Below are positions 39,419 through 48,821 of a stretch of 64,000 nt of DNA, one piece after another (position 1 is the stretch's first letter; each line of letters opens with the position of its first letter). The stretch is from Acidobacteriota bacterium (GTDB lineage: Bacteria; Acidobacteriota; UBA6911; RPQK01; JADFOI01). The notes under the pieces were generated by a model that was given only the letters and a program-made list of their open reading frames with translations, did not search any database and was not told where the DNA came from. Both the position numbers and the translations under genes were made by a program. The stretch covers positions 3,456,001 to 3,520,000 of the forward strand of contig OY760074.1 of NCBI GenBank assembly GCA_963663035.1, read 5' to 3'.

Positions 39419-40396
39419 TCAGAAATCCATGCTGTCTCTGAGCGCTTTTCGGATGCGTTTCTCATTGGGTAGATATTCCGGCTCAAAGACATAGGGGACG
39501 GGAGTGTCAAAGCCGGTTACCCTCAGAATAGGCGCTTGAAGATGAAGGAGAGCCTTTTCACTGATGGTTGCCGCCAGCTCTGCTCCGAAGCCGCATGTCC
39601 TGGGAGCCTCATGGACGATGACTACCCTGCCCGTCTTCTTGACCGATGCAATGATGGATTCGATATCGTAAGGCAGTAGCGTGCGCAGGTCGATGACTTC
39701 TACGGAAATCTGGTCCTCCTGGGCAGCCTTCTCAGCAGCTTCTACCGTCACCGGCACCATTGCCCCATAGGTCACGATGGTGATGTCTTTTCCGTCTCGA
39801 GGCACCGTCGCCTTGCCCAGTTCGATGACGTATTCTCCCTCGGGCACCTCACCTCGTACCGCTCTGTAGAGGCGCTTGGGTTCCAAGAATATGACGGGAT
39901 TGTTATCCCGGATCGAAGCAATCAGCAAGCCTTTGGCATCGTAAGGATTGGAAGGCATCACGACTTTCAGTCCTGCGGTATGGATGAAATAAGCTTCTGG
40001 ACTCTGCGAGTGGTAATGACCGCCTTTGATCCCGCCTCCGCAGGGGCTTCGAATCACCATGGGACAGGTGTACTGCCCACCTGATCGATAGCGCATCTTA
40101 GCGACTTCATTGACGATCTGGTCAAAAGCGGGGTAAATGAAGTCAACAAACTGAATCTCCGGCACCGGACGCAGTCCGTATAGCGCCATGCCGAGGGCAC
40201 TCCCAACAATCCCGGCTTCGGCCAGTGGTGTGTCAAAGACCCGATCCGGACCGAATTCATCTAAGAGTCCTTGAGTGGCGCGGAAGACGCCACCGAACTT
40301 TCCCACATCTTCGCCCAGAATGATGACCCGGTCGTCGCGCTTCATTTCAGTGCGCATTGCATCATTGACGGCCTGTATGATGTTAACGGTTGGCAT
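39419..40396 (-). CDS. 2-oxoacid dehydrogenase E1 beta (branched-chain/pyruvate type)
   Basis: GEDVGKFGGVFR, DTPLAE and YHSQSPEAYF motifs. Confidence 0.92.
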   Translation of the reverse strand: MPTVNIIQAVNDAMRTEMKRDDRVIILGEDVGKFGGVFRATQGLLDEFGPDRVFDTPLAEAGIVGSALGMALYGLRPVPEIQFVDFIYPAFDQIVNEVAKMRYRSGGQYTCPMVIRSPCGGGIKGGHYHSQSPEAYFIHTAGLKVVMPSNPYDAKGLLIASIRDNNPVIFLEPKRLYRAVRGEVPEGEYVIELGKATVPRDGKDITIVTYGAMVPVTVEAAEKAAQEDQISVEVIDLRTLLPYDIESIIASVKKTGRVVIVHEAPRTCGFGAELAATISEKALLHLQAPILRVTGFDTPVPYVFEPEYLPNEKRIRKALRDSMDF

Positions 40397-40438
40397 TAAT
40401 TTCGCGCTCGCTCGCATCGTGCTCCTGAAGCAAGCTGA

Positions 40439-41539
40439 CTAGTCCTTTTGTTGCGAGGCTTCGCTCTCTAATACAGCGCGAAGTTCCTCACGCTGTTCTT
40501 CCAGGTGCCAGGGGACGCTGTCCAGCACATCCTCGAACATCGTATCGATGGATGGTGGGCCAATTTTCTCAGCCTTTTTCAAGGCCGCGTCGATTTCGTT
40601 TTTGATATCTTCCTCCAACCCAACATCCTTTTTTTCACTCCAAGTTCCCTTGCCGATGAGATAGGACTTGAAACGAGAAATCGGATCTTTCTTTATCCAC
40701 TCCTCTACTTCTTTGTCATCTCGGTAAACTCGTGGATCGTCGGATGTGGTGTGAGGTCCCTGACGATAAGTCACGGCCTCAATCAGGGTCGGTCCTTTTC
40801 CCTGGCGAGCTTTTTCAGCTGCTTTCCGGGTGACTTCATAGACGGCCAAGATATCGTTGCCGTCGACTTGCACGCCTTCGATATTGTAGGCCGTAGCCTT
40901 GATGGCGAATGATGGTGAAGCGGTCTGAACTTCTCGCGGGACCGAGATTGCCCATTGGTTGTTCCGGCACAAAAATATTGTGGCCGCTTTGTAAACACCG
41001 GCGAAATTCAAGGCCACATGGAAGTCCCCCTCTGAGGTAGCACCATCGCCGAAAAAGACCAGCGCAAGGTCCTGAGTGCCCTGTAGTCGAGCAGCCATTC
41101 CGATGCCTGTGGCATGTGGTATTTGATTTCCAACCGGACTCGAGATGGAACCAAAGCGCAATTTATAGGAGGCATAGTGATTGGGCATCTGCCTGCCCTT
41201 GATCTGGTCTTCGGCGTTACCAAATAACTGGCAGAAGAGCTCATGGAGAGAGAAGCCACGCAGCAAAGCTGCTCCTAACTCACGATAGCAGGGAATGACC
41301 CAATCCTTTGGCTTGAGAGCAAAAGTGCTTCCAATGATCGAGGCTTCCTCACCGACAGAACCAACGTAGAAACCAATCCTCCCTTGTCTTTGGAGTGTAA
41401 CCATCCGCTCATCGACTCGACGATTGAGCAGCATCACACGATACAAGCGGATAAGATTCTTCTCGCTGATGGAGGGGACCTTCTGTCCCTTCAACACCTT
41501 TCCGTCAGAGCCCAGAATCCTGATCAATTCCTCCGACAT
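40439..41539 (-). CDS. 2-oxoacid dehydrogenase E1 alpha (branched-chain/pyruvate type)
   Basis: RQGRIGFY, TPP motif GDGATSEGDF...NN and HTTSDDP. Confidence 0.92.
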   Translation of the reverse strand: MSEELIRILGSDGKVLKGQKVPSISEKNLIRLYRVMLLNRRVDERMVTLQRQGRIGFYVGSVGEEASIIGSTFALKPKDWVIPCYRELGAALLRGFSLHELFCQLFGNAEDQIKGRQMPNHYASYKLRFGSISSPVGNQIPHATGIGMAARLQGTQDLALVFFGDGATSEGDFHVALNFAGVYKAATIFLCRNNQWAISVPREVQTASPSFAIKATAYNIEGVQVDGNDILAVYEVTRKAAEKARQGKGPTLIEAVTYRQGPHTTSDDPRVYRDDKEVEEWIKKDPISRFKSYLIGKGTWSEKKDVGLEEDIKNEIDAALKKAEKIGPPSIDTMFEDVLDSVPWHLEEQREELRAVLESEASQQKD

Positions 41540-41692
41540 AAGCTTGGAATTATAGCTTTGGCACTTTCCTCACACAAGCACGGGGGCCGCGGACAACTGA
41601 CAACGGCGCGCGCAGCGCGCTCTGTGATGTCATACCAACACGTTATATAGGCTAAGAAACTTTTCATACGATCATACGAAAGGAGTCAACGT

Positions 41693-41863
41693 ATGGCGAA
41701 GGCAAAAGCAAAGAAGAAAGCTACCAAGAAGAAAGCTACCAAGAAGAAAGCCACCAAGAAGAAAGCCACCAAGAAGAAGGTTGCCAAGAAGAAAGCCACC
41801 AAGAAGAAGGCCACCAAGAAGAAGGTTGCCAAGAAGAAGGCCGCCAAGAAGAGAAGAAGGTAG
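41693..41863 (+). CDS. Small histone H1-like Lys-rich basic protein (56 aa)
   Basis: aaggag RBS; MAKAKA-(KKKAT/KKKVA/KKKAA)x9-KKRRR; 15-bp repeats with synonymous variation; below the ORF-track size cutoff. Confidence 0.8.
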   Translation: MAKAKAKKKATKKKATKKKATKKKATKKKVAKKKATKKKATKKKVAKKKAAKKRRR

Positions 41864-41967
41864 CTAGTAGTGGGCTCGGTCGCTGTACGCACCGGGCCCC
41901 TCCCTTTCTCCCCAAACGATCAGCCCTCCAACCCGTCCTCCAGAATCACTAAGCGGAGTGTCTTCTG

Positions 41968-43386
41968 TCAGCGGTCAGTGGTCAGCGTCCCCCCCATCCT
42001 TGCCTCAATTTCACGGATCTCACGGGGTGCACCTTCCGAGAGTACCTGGTAGCCGTTCTCGGTCACCAGGACATCCTCTTCAATTCGGACACCGATGTTC
42101 ATGAACTTCCTGAGAGCCGGACGAATCTTTTCCAGCTCCTTTTCAGTGACTCCCTGGTTGGCCAGTCTTAGCTCAGAATCTTCTCTGACGTAGATGCCCG
42201 GTTCGACAGTAAGGACCATGTTGGATTCCAGGCGATCACCATGGCTCACGTCGTGAACATCCAGCCCGACAAAGTGCCCGATTCCATGGATGGTAAAAAC
42301 ACGATATTGATGACTTGTTGGATCGGTAATGAGTCCGAGACGCAAGAGTCCTTCCTTGAGCACGTCCACTGCCTTTTGATGAACAGCTTTAACGGATGCT
42401 CCAGGTTGGATCCAGTCTATTGCAGCTTCTTGTGCTGTCAGCACAAGCTGATAAATGGCGGTCTGCTCTGGCGTGAACTTTCCGTTGACGGGGATGGTTC
42501 GCGTGATATCAGCGGCGTAATAATTGTATTCGGCGCCAATATCGATCAGTAGGAGTTCACCATCCTGGGTTTGTCGTTGGCTGTCTTGATAGTGCAGGGT
42601 TGTGGCATTCGGACCGGATGCGACAATGGAGGGAAAGGCCCAGTCAAAGGAGTTTCTCTTCTTGAACACGTATTCAATCAGGGCTTCGACTTCGTATTCC
42701 CAGAGGCCGGGATGGAGGCTCTGCATGGCCTGAATCTGTGCTTCGATGGTGATGTCGATGGCTTCTCGAAGCTGCTTGATCTCATAAGGTGACTTGATCA
42801 CTCGAAGTTGAGCCAAAATCTGGGAAGTATCTTTGATCTGAATTCCACTGAATCGCTCTCGCAGACGATCGGCGAATTGAAGCTCCTTCCTCACCTCGCC
42901 GAGAATCCGGGCTTTGGGTTCCATCAGTAAGAATACGTCAGCCACACTATTTTGCAGGGTGGAATCCAGAAAAGAATCAAACTCAGAAGCACTCCGGACG
43001 GTCTGGATACCGCTCACTTCCACAGCCTCCTGAGGACTCAGCATTTTCCCATCCCAAACCTCTCTTTGGGTGTTCCGATCTGACAGGAACAGAATCTCGC
43101 GGCTGGAGGAATTCTGAGGCATCAAGACGAGTGTTGTGTCAGGCTGACGGATTCCGGTGAGATAAAAAAGGTTGTTTTCCTGACGAAACTCATAGGCAAC
43201 ATCTCCAGAATAGGGGCGGCGATCGGCGCTCAAGAAAATCAGCATTCCACGATTACCCATCTTTTGCATCACGGATTCTCGCCTGTGAACGAGGTCGGCT
43301 GTTAACTCCGGATCACTGGCAAACAGAGTGGGACAAATCAGGAAAAATGACAGGAGATGAAGCCAATTGCGCATTTTGAATTCCAC
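41968..43386 (-). CDS. pepP: Xaa-Pro aminopeptidase (M24B) with signal peptide
   Basis: FRQENNLFYLTG, LHY, DIG...ADITRT, HFVGLDVHD, TVEPGIY and GVRIEED motifs; start may be 43374. Confidence 0.88.
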   Translation of the reverse strand: MEFKMRNWLHLLSFFLICPTLFASDPELTADLVHRRESVMQKMGNRGMLIFLSADRRPYSGDVAYEFRQENNLFYLTGIRQPDTTLVLMPQNSSSREILFLSDRNTQREVWDGKMLSPQEAVEVSGIQTVRSASEFDSFLDSTLQNSVADVFLLMEPKARILGEVRKELQFADRLRERFSGIQIKDTSQILAQLRVIKSPYEIKQLREAIDITIEAQIQAMQSLHPGLWEYEVEALIEYVFKKRNSFDWAFPSIVASGPNATTLHYQDSQRQTQDGELLLIDIGAEYNYYAADITRTIPVNGKFTPEQTAIYQLVLTAQEAAIDWIQPGASVKAVHQKAVDVLKEGLLRLGLITDPTSHQYRVFTIHGIGHFVGLDVHDVSHGDRLESNMVLTVEPGIYVREDSELRLANQGVTEKELEKIRPALRKFMNIGVRIEEDVLVTENGYQVLSEGAPREIREIEARMGGTLTTDR

Positions 43387-43448
43387 CAGACGGTTATTTG
43401 GACTTTAACAAATGCAGAGGATTAATTCTATTTGCTGGAAGGGAGCGC

Positions 43449-43928
43449 TTAGCCCAGAAGCTCTTGATAAGCGTTGACTGCCAGTTCATCGCAGCGTTCG
43501 TTTTCGGGGTGGCCAACATGCCCGCGCACCAGTTCGAAACTGAGCTCGTGGCTTTGAGCCAACTCGTCCAACTGTTTCCACTGGTCGACATTCTTGACCG
43601 GCTTAAGGCCGTGGCTGGTCTTTCTTTTCCAGCCGCGGAGTTTCCAGCCCTGGATCCACTCGGTGAGGCCCTGCTTCAGATAGGTGCTGTCAGTGACGAC
43701 ATGCACTCGTGTGGGCCGCTTGAGGGATGACAGCCCTTCGATCAGTGCTTGCAATTCCATTTGGTTGTTCGTGGTTTGGACTTTTGAGCCACTCACTTCC
43801 ATGGTTTTGCCGGTGGGTTGGTGGCGAAGAATGAAGGCCCAGCCTCCCGGTCCGGGATTTCGACTGCAGGCACCATCTGTGTATAAGATTACTTCCGCAT
43901 CAGGGGATTCGTTCTGGGTGTTGGTCAT
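43449..43928 (-). CDS. rnhA: Ribonuclease HI
   Basis: YTDGACSRNPGPGG, TTNNQMEL, TDSTY and GHPENERCDELA motifs. Confidence 0.93.
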   Translation of the reverse strand: MTNTQNESPDAEVILYTDGACSRNPGPGGWAFILRHQPTGKTMEVSGSKVQTTNNQMELQALIEGLSSLKRPTRVHVVTDSTYLKQGLTEWIQGWKLRGWKRKTSHGLKPVKNVDQWKQLDELAQSHELSFELVRGHVGHPENERCDELAVNAYQELLG

Positions 43929-44018
43929 CCATTTGTCCTCGGGACGTCGAGAATGATACACATAGACGGGTGGAGAAGCCACAAACGTTAACCTATTCAT
44001 GAATCGAGGAGCGAAGAA

Positions 44019-45101
44019 GTGCCTGAAACCGACAAGCAGAATATTCTGGATGCCTTGAAAAGTGTAAAGGATCCTGACCTGGGTCGTGACATTGTTTCAT
44101 TGGGCTTTGTAAAAGACGTCAAGCTCTGCGGTGGTGCGGCGGCCGTTACCATTGAACTCACCACGCCTGCCTGCCCTGTCAAGGATCAGCTGAGAGAAGA
44201 GGCAAAGCAGGCGATTCTTGCACTGGACGGAATCGACGAGGTCAATGTGGAGATGACAGCGCGTGTTCGGCCTTCCTCATCGGAGAGGCAGGAGCTTCTC
44301 TCTGGTGTGAAGAACATTGTCCCGGTCGCCAGTGGCAAAGGAGGAGTGGGAAAGTCAACCGTCAGCGCCAACTTGGCGGTGGCTCTGGCACGAAGTGGTG
44401 CCCGCGTCGGTTTGATGGACGCTGATGTCTATGGACCCAGTATTCCCACCTTGCTGGGTATCTCTGAGAAGCCCGTTACCGGGCCAGATCAAAAAATTAT
44501 TCCTGTCACTCAATATGATTTGGAAGTTATATCCATGGGTTTTTTCCTTCCTCAGGAAAAGGCCGTAATCTGGCGTGGGCCCATGCTCGATAAAATGATG
44601 ACCCAGTTCCTGGGGGGGGTGCAGTGGGGAGCATTGGATTATCTGATCATTGATCTGCCGCCGGGTACCGGCGACATCCAGTTAAGCCTGTGCCAGAAGG
44701 TTTCCCTGACAGGTGCAGTCATCGTTTCAACCCCGCAGGATGTGGCGTTGAACGTGGCGGAGAAGGCCATTGCCATGTTCGATCAGCTGAACACACCGGT
44801 TCTCGGAATCGTAGAGAACATGAGCCATTACATCTGCGGCCATTGCGGTCAACGGGATGATGTTTTTGGAAGTGGGGGAGCACGTGAGGTGAGCGAGCGC
44901 AGGCAGTTGCCCTTCCTGGGAGAGATTCCGCTTTCCACCAAGATTCGCCTCCATTCGGATTCTGGAAAGCCAGTGGTCCTGGCCGAGCCGGAATCAGAAG
45001 ATGCAAAGGCCTTTATCAAGGTGGCCGAGAATACCGCGGCCCAGATCAGTATCCGTAACATGTCTCAAGATCCGGAGCAGGATATAAAGGTTTCGTTTTA
45101 A
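44019..45101 (+). CDS. mrp: Mrp/ApbC/NBP35 Fe-S carrier ATPase
   Basis: N-terminal DUF59; SGKGGVGKST, DLPPGTGD and ENMS..CGHC motifs. Confidence 0.92.
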   Translation: MPETDKQNILDALKSVKDPDLGRDIVSLGFVKDVKLCGGAAAVTIELTTPACPVKDQLREEAKQAILALDGIDEVNVEMTARVRPSSSERQELLSGVKNIVPVASGKGGVGKSTVSANLAVALARSGARVGLMDADVYGPSIPTLLGISEKPVTGPDQKIIPVTQYDLEVISMGFFLPQEKAVIWRGPMLDKMMTQFLGGVQWGALDYLIIDLPPGTGDIQLSLCQKVSLTGAVIVSTPQDVALNVAEKAIAMFDQLNTPVLGIVENMSHYICGHCGQRDDVFGSGGAREVSERRQLPFLGEIPLSTKIRLHSDSGKPVVLAEPESEDAKAFIKVAENTAAQISIRNMSQDPEQDIKVSF

Positions 45102-45116
45102 TGGTGGGGCAGTGAT

Positions 45117-45446
45117 TTGGGTGACACTACCAGGCCCATTCCCGGTGAGATCACTCGGGCCGGCGATCACGACATACGAATCCTCTGGAAGAGTGGACAC
45201 GAAAGTCTCTATCCAGCCCGTTATCTACGACTGAAGTGCCCCTGTGCCGGATGTGTGGATGAATGGACGGGGCGAAAGGTTCTCAGACCTCAGGAGATCG
45301 GCGAGGATGTTGCTCCCAGCTCTCTTGAGTTAGTCGGTCGATATGGCCTTAGGGTCCGTTGGACCGACGGCCACTCCGACGGGATTTACACTTTCAAACT
45401 TCTCCGAGATCTCTGCCCCTGCTGTCAACCTAAAGAATCCTCCTAG
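45117..45446 (+). CDS. DUF971 (GBBH-like N-terminal) protein
   Basis: LRLKCPCAGC, VGRYG and WTDGHSDGIY motifs. Confidence 0.85.
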   Translation: MGDTTRPIPGEITRAGDHDIRILWKSGHESLYPARYLRLKCPCAGCVDEWTGRKVLRPQEIGEDVAPSSLELVGRYGLRVRWTDGHSDGIYTFKLLRDLCPCCQPKESS

Positions 45447-45645
45447 CCCGCATTTCTCACAACAGCTCGTCGCGAAGCGGCGGAAGGGCCGGAAAACAGA
45501 GCCGTGGGCTTTAGCCCACGGGCCCGCAGGCTAAAGCCTGCGGCTCCGACTGGCGCGCGAGGGGTACCCGCTTGCGGGTCGAGCAACGCAGGCAGGTCGG
45601 ATCATTGCGCCGATGCAGTAGAGCGGGTGTGAGAAATGCGGGCTA
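45444..45645. mobile_element. ~200-bp palindromic MITE/REP-like element, copy 3 (inverted relative to copy 1)
   Basis: Terminal inverted repeats tagcccgcatttctcaca / tgtgagaaatgcgggcta; interior is the near-identical reverse complement of copy 1. Confidence 0.8.
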
Positions 45646-45656
45646 AAATTCTTTCT

Positions 45657-46187
45657 TCACTCCTTCGATTTCTTCAGCACGGACAGGTGGTGCCGGTAGT
45701 CAGAACGAACAGCGATGAAATCCTTGTGTTCCAGCTTGAGCTCGGCCGTGATCTGGCGGATTTCCCTGTTCTCTTCACTCGAAATGTCCTCGTCTGTGGA
45801 GGAGACTGCAAAAAGACAGTGTAATAAAGCAAGTTTCTGCTTCCTTGTTGCGATATTGTTGAACTCCCGTGTCACCAGATAGTTTTCCGTTCCGCCAAAG
45901 AGGAGATTTTGGGTTTTGGCAATCTGAACCACAATGATCGCCTGTTCCTCGGGTAATTGCCCCAGCTCCATGATCGCGCGCTCCATCTCGTGGATCTCCT
46001 CTTCACTGATTTCCAGGTCGGCGTGAGCGACCCGCCCGAGAGTGTAGGCGAAGACGGCTATGTATTGAGATTGCTTGGGGTCCATTTGATCTAAGGCTTT
46101 GGTGATCTTGCGAACGGTCTCGGTTTCCTTTGATCCCGACTCCGGTTCTTCTTCCTTTCCCAGCCCCAGAAATTTGAAAAGCGACAT
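45657..46187 (-). CDS. TerB-like (tellurite resistance/DjlA N-terminal) protein
   Basis: VAHADLEISEEE and LFAVSSTDEDISSEE motifs. Confidence 0.7.
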   Translation of the reverse strand: MSLFKFLGLGKEEEPESGSKETETVRKITKALDQMDPKQSQYIAVFAYTLGRVAHADLEISEEEIHEMERAIMELGQLPEEQAIIVVQIAKTQNLLFGGTENYLVTREFNNIATRKQKLALLHCLFAVSSTDEDISSEENREIRQITAELKLEHKDFIAVRSDYRHHLSVLKKSKE

Positions 46188-46229
46188 AGGAGATCGTGAA
46201 AGGCAGATTACAGGACCCACTGAGAAGGG

Positions 46230-47483
46230 TCAAGGAGGGGAAAGTTGCTGCTCAGCCTTCTCAAGATCGCGGCGGGTGCAGAAGAACCGCTTTTGAATCT
46301 TGGTCCCGCTCTGCTCAGCCAGCCGCGGATACTCTCTCAAGAGCTCCTCGATGAAGATCTCCAGAAACGAACCGGGATCCAGGGGAATAAAAGACTCCTT
46401 CAATTGCTGGGCCTTTTCTTGCAGGTCCATGATACGACTGTACCCCACCTGAAAGAAGGACTGGAGATAATGACGCTGAAGATCCTGGGCGGCCCTTTGG
46501 AGATTTCCTTTTGAATGCCAGTCCAATCCCAGATTGATCCCGGCGATTGCCTTGCCGATCGTTTCCTTGACACGATCTGGATCCCCCGGCGAAGCACAGT
46601 CCGCCGACAATACCTTGTTGCAGACAAAGAAAATCTCCTCCAACAAGGCTTGAGAGTCCTGAGGGGAGGTGATCAGGTCTAAAGCTTGAAAAAGGAGTAA
46701 AGGCCCTTTCAATTGGTCCTGTAACTTGACCGGTAGAGCACTCACCTCCAGGATTTGCTCCCGCTTCTTTTTGGGTAAGGCTTCGTCAGCTGGGAAAAGG
46801 GTGTAAATATCGATGGCGTCGAAGTAATCCTGAAAACCCATCTCCTCGACGCGACGCTTCCGACTTTGGTAAGCCGTTTCCTCTATTTCAATTGAGGTCC
46901 GAGCCTGACACGACTCCAGCAGGAGAGAGATGTACTTTGGGTCTAACGCAAAAAGACGCAGAATCATGGCACGAAGCAGACGGGCCTCTTCGGGTTTCTG
47001 GGGCAGTACGATGAGGTAGTTATTATCGGGTGTTTCCAGCCATTCTCCTTCCTGTGGCTCAGCTTGAAACTCATCCTCTTCCACTCGCGGATAGATCTTC
47101 AGCTTTTGCTTGAAGATGAATTCCCACAAGTCCGAATCAGTTGCGCGAACGAGTTTTCGAGCCACTGGATCTTCGGCTCTCACGATGTGCCGTTCCAGAT
47201 CCAGAAACTCCCCGCTGCTCATCTTGTCACCGGACCACAAGGCCAGGTCAAGAATGCCGCTCCACTGTTCCTCGGTGACATGAGTTAGGAGCTTCAAGAG
47301 CTCTTCGTCGCCCAACTCCTTGAGCCCAAAAAAGAGGTGAGGCACGGGCAGCCGTCGGATGCGTCCCCGCGTTTCAGCCGTGGCCAGCATTTCTCTCACA
47401 TCAACTGGTGCATAGACACTGTGATAGATGAGCTCTTGAGAGTGATGAACGAGAGCCTCACCTCCCTCAATCTCTTCAGTCAT
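46230..47483 (-). CDS. Hypothetical protein (DUF6178-like)
   Basis: Long ORF with EETAYQSRKRRVEEMGFQDYFDAIDIY and INLGL; family assignment is from memory. Confidence 0.55.
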   Translation of the reverse strand: MTEEIEGGEALVHHSQELIYHSVYAPVDVREMLATAETRGRIRRLPVPHLFFGLKELGDEELLKLLTHVTEEQWSGILDLALWSGDKMSSGEFLDLERHIVRAEDPVARKLVRATDSDLWEFIFKQKLKIYPRVEEDEFQAEPQEGEWLETPDNNYLIVLPQKPEEARLLRAMILRLFALDPKYISLLLESCQARTSIEIEETAYQSRKRRVEEMGFQDYFDAIDIYTLFPADEALPKKKREQILEVSALPVKLQDQLKGPLLLFQALDLITSPQDSQALLEEIFFVCNKVLSADCASPGDPDRVKETIGKAIAGINLGLDWHSKGNLQRAAQDLQRHYLQSFFQVGYSRIMDLQEKAQQLKESFIPLDPGSFLEIFIEELLREYPRLAEQSGTKIQKRFFCTRRDLEKAEQQLSPP

Positions 47484-48201
47484 TGGAGCAGTATACCTTG
47501 CTCTCACGGCATAATTGATCAGCTCTTCGAATGGGCTCGGGTAGTCGAAAGCGCGAGGTCATGGTCAGGGCCCAGCTCACACAGTCCTCCAGGGGCAGAC
47601 CGTACCCCACCGAGACGAACACTGGCTTGACTCCAGCCCGCGTGCGCAGCACTTTTCCAATCACTTCTCCCTTGTGAACAAGATCTGTGGAAGACCCCCG
47701 CAGATGAGAGGCGATGCCGAAACGGCGCGGATGGGCTCGCCCGTGTCCGTCAACCATCTTGTTGCCGGGCTCTCTGAACTCCCCGCAAAGACGCGACTTT
47801 CCAATACCAATGGTGGGATGTTTTAACCACTGTCCCAGATGAGAGGCGATGCCGAAACGGCGCGGATGGGCTCGCCCGTGTCCGTCAACCAGGATGAGAT
47901 CGGGAAGGCGGGAGAGCTTTTTCAGGGCCTTTAGAATGGGTGGAACTTCTCGAAAGCTGAGTAAGCCGGGAATATAGGGAAAGGGCGTCTTCATTTTTGC
48001 CACTGCCGACTCAACGGTTTCAAAGCCGACAGAGGAGACGACCACCGCTGTAGCCACGGATTGTTTTTCTTCACGGAGGTAGGCGACATCCACTCCGGCG
48101 ATGGACTGCGGGAGCCTCAGGGTGAGATTGGTCTTGACCTGATCTTTCAGATCTTTCTGGAGTTGAATGGCTTCCTTGGGAGTGAGATTCCAGGAGTGCA
48201 T
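47476..48201 (-). CDS. nfi: Endonuclease V with an in-frame 19-aa duplicated insert
   Basis: AGVDVAY, FPYIPGLLSFRE, VDGHGRAHPRRFGIASH (twice) and RLPEP motifs. Confidence 0.9.
   Translation of the reverse strand: MHSWNLTPKEAIQLQKDLKDQVKTNLTLRLPQSIAGVDVAYLREEKQSVATAVVVSSVGFETVESAVAKMKTPFPYIPGLLSFREVPPILKALKKLSRLPDLILVDGHGRAHPRRFGIASHLGQWLKHPTIGIGKSRLCGEFREPGNKMVDGHGRAHPRRFGIASHLRGSSTDLVHKGEVIGKVLRTRAGVKPVFVSVGYGLPLEDCVSWALTMTSRFRLPEPIRRADQLCRESKVYCSND
47701..47891. repeat. Exact 56-bp non-tandem direct repeat within nfi
   Basis: 47701-47756 is identical to 47836-47891. Confidence 0.9.
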
Positions 48202-48220
48202 TGTCCAGCCTTCGAGAGCT

Positions 48221-48805
48221 TCACTGTTTATTCTCGTATTCTTGAATCCGGTCTTCGTACTGGATCGTCAACTCAATGTCATCCAGGCCCTGCAGCAGGC
48301 AGTCCCGGCGAAAGGGATCCACCTCAAAGCGATACTCTACAGCTGAGTCGCCGGTGATGGTCTGTGACTCCAGATCAACGGTGAGTTGGGCACCGGGATT
48401 CGCTCCGACCCACTCGAAGAGTTCGTCTATCTGATCCAGAGAGAGCTTCACCGGGAGCATGCCGTTTTTGAAACAGTTGTTATAGAAGATATCCGCAAAG
48501 GAAGGAGCGAGAATCGAACGGAAGCCATAATCCAAAAGTGCCCAGGGAGCGTGCTCTCGAGAGGAACCACACCCGAAATTATCACGGGTGAGAAGGATGG
48601 AAGCGCCCTTGAAGCGGGGATCATTCAATTCAAAATCAGGATTGGGAGAGCCATCTTTTTTTAATCTCCAGTCGTAGAACAGAAACGGTCCGTAGCCCGT
48701 TCTCTCGATCCGCTTCAAGAACTGTTTCGGTATGATCTGATCGGTGTCCACATCGACGCGGTCCAGCGTAGCGACCAGTCCCTTGATTTGAGTAAATGGC
48801 TCCAT
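48221..48805 (-). CDS. leuD: 3-isopropylmalate dehydratase small subunit
   Basis: [11 protein letters not shown] and [11 protein letters not shown] motifs. Confidence 0.95.
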   Translation of the reverse strand: MEPFTQIKGLVATLDRVDVDTDQIIPKQFLKRIERTGYGPFLFYDWRLKKDGSPNPDFELNDPRFKGASILLTRDNFGCGSSREHAPWALLDYGFRSILAPSFADIFYNNCFKNGMLPVKLSLDQIDELFEWVGANPGAQLTVDLESQTITGDSAVEYRFEVDPFRRDCLLQGLDDIELTIQYEDRIQEYENKQ

Positions 48806-48821
48806 GACTCAAGTAGAGATG

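Noticed and set aside
41686-41892. Minus-strand hydrophobic ORF (FFLVA repeats)
   Set aside because: Antisense shadow of the Lys-rich H1-like gene, which has the RBS.
47701-47891. nfi and SQR-gene repeats considered as DGR template/variable repeats
   Set aside because: The copies are identical, with no adenine-specific mismatches and no reverse transcriptase in the window.
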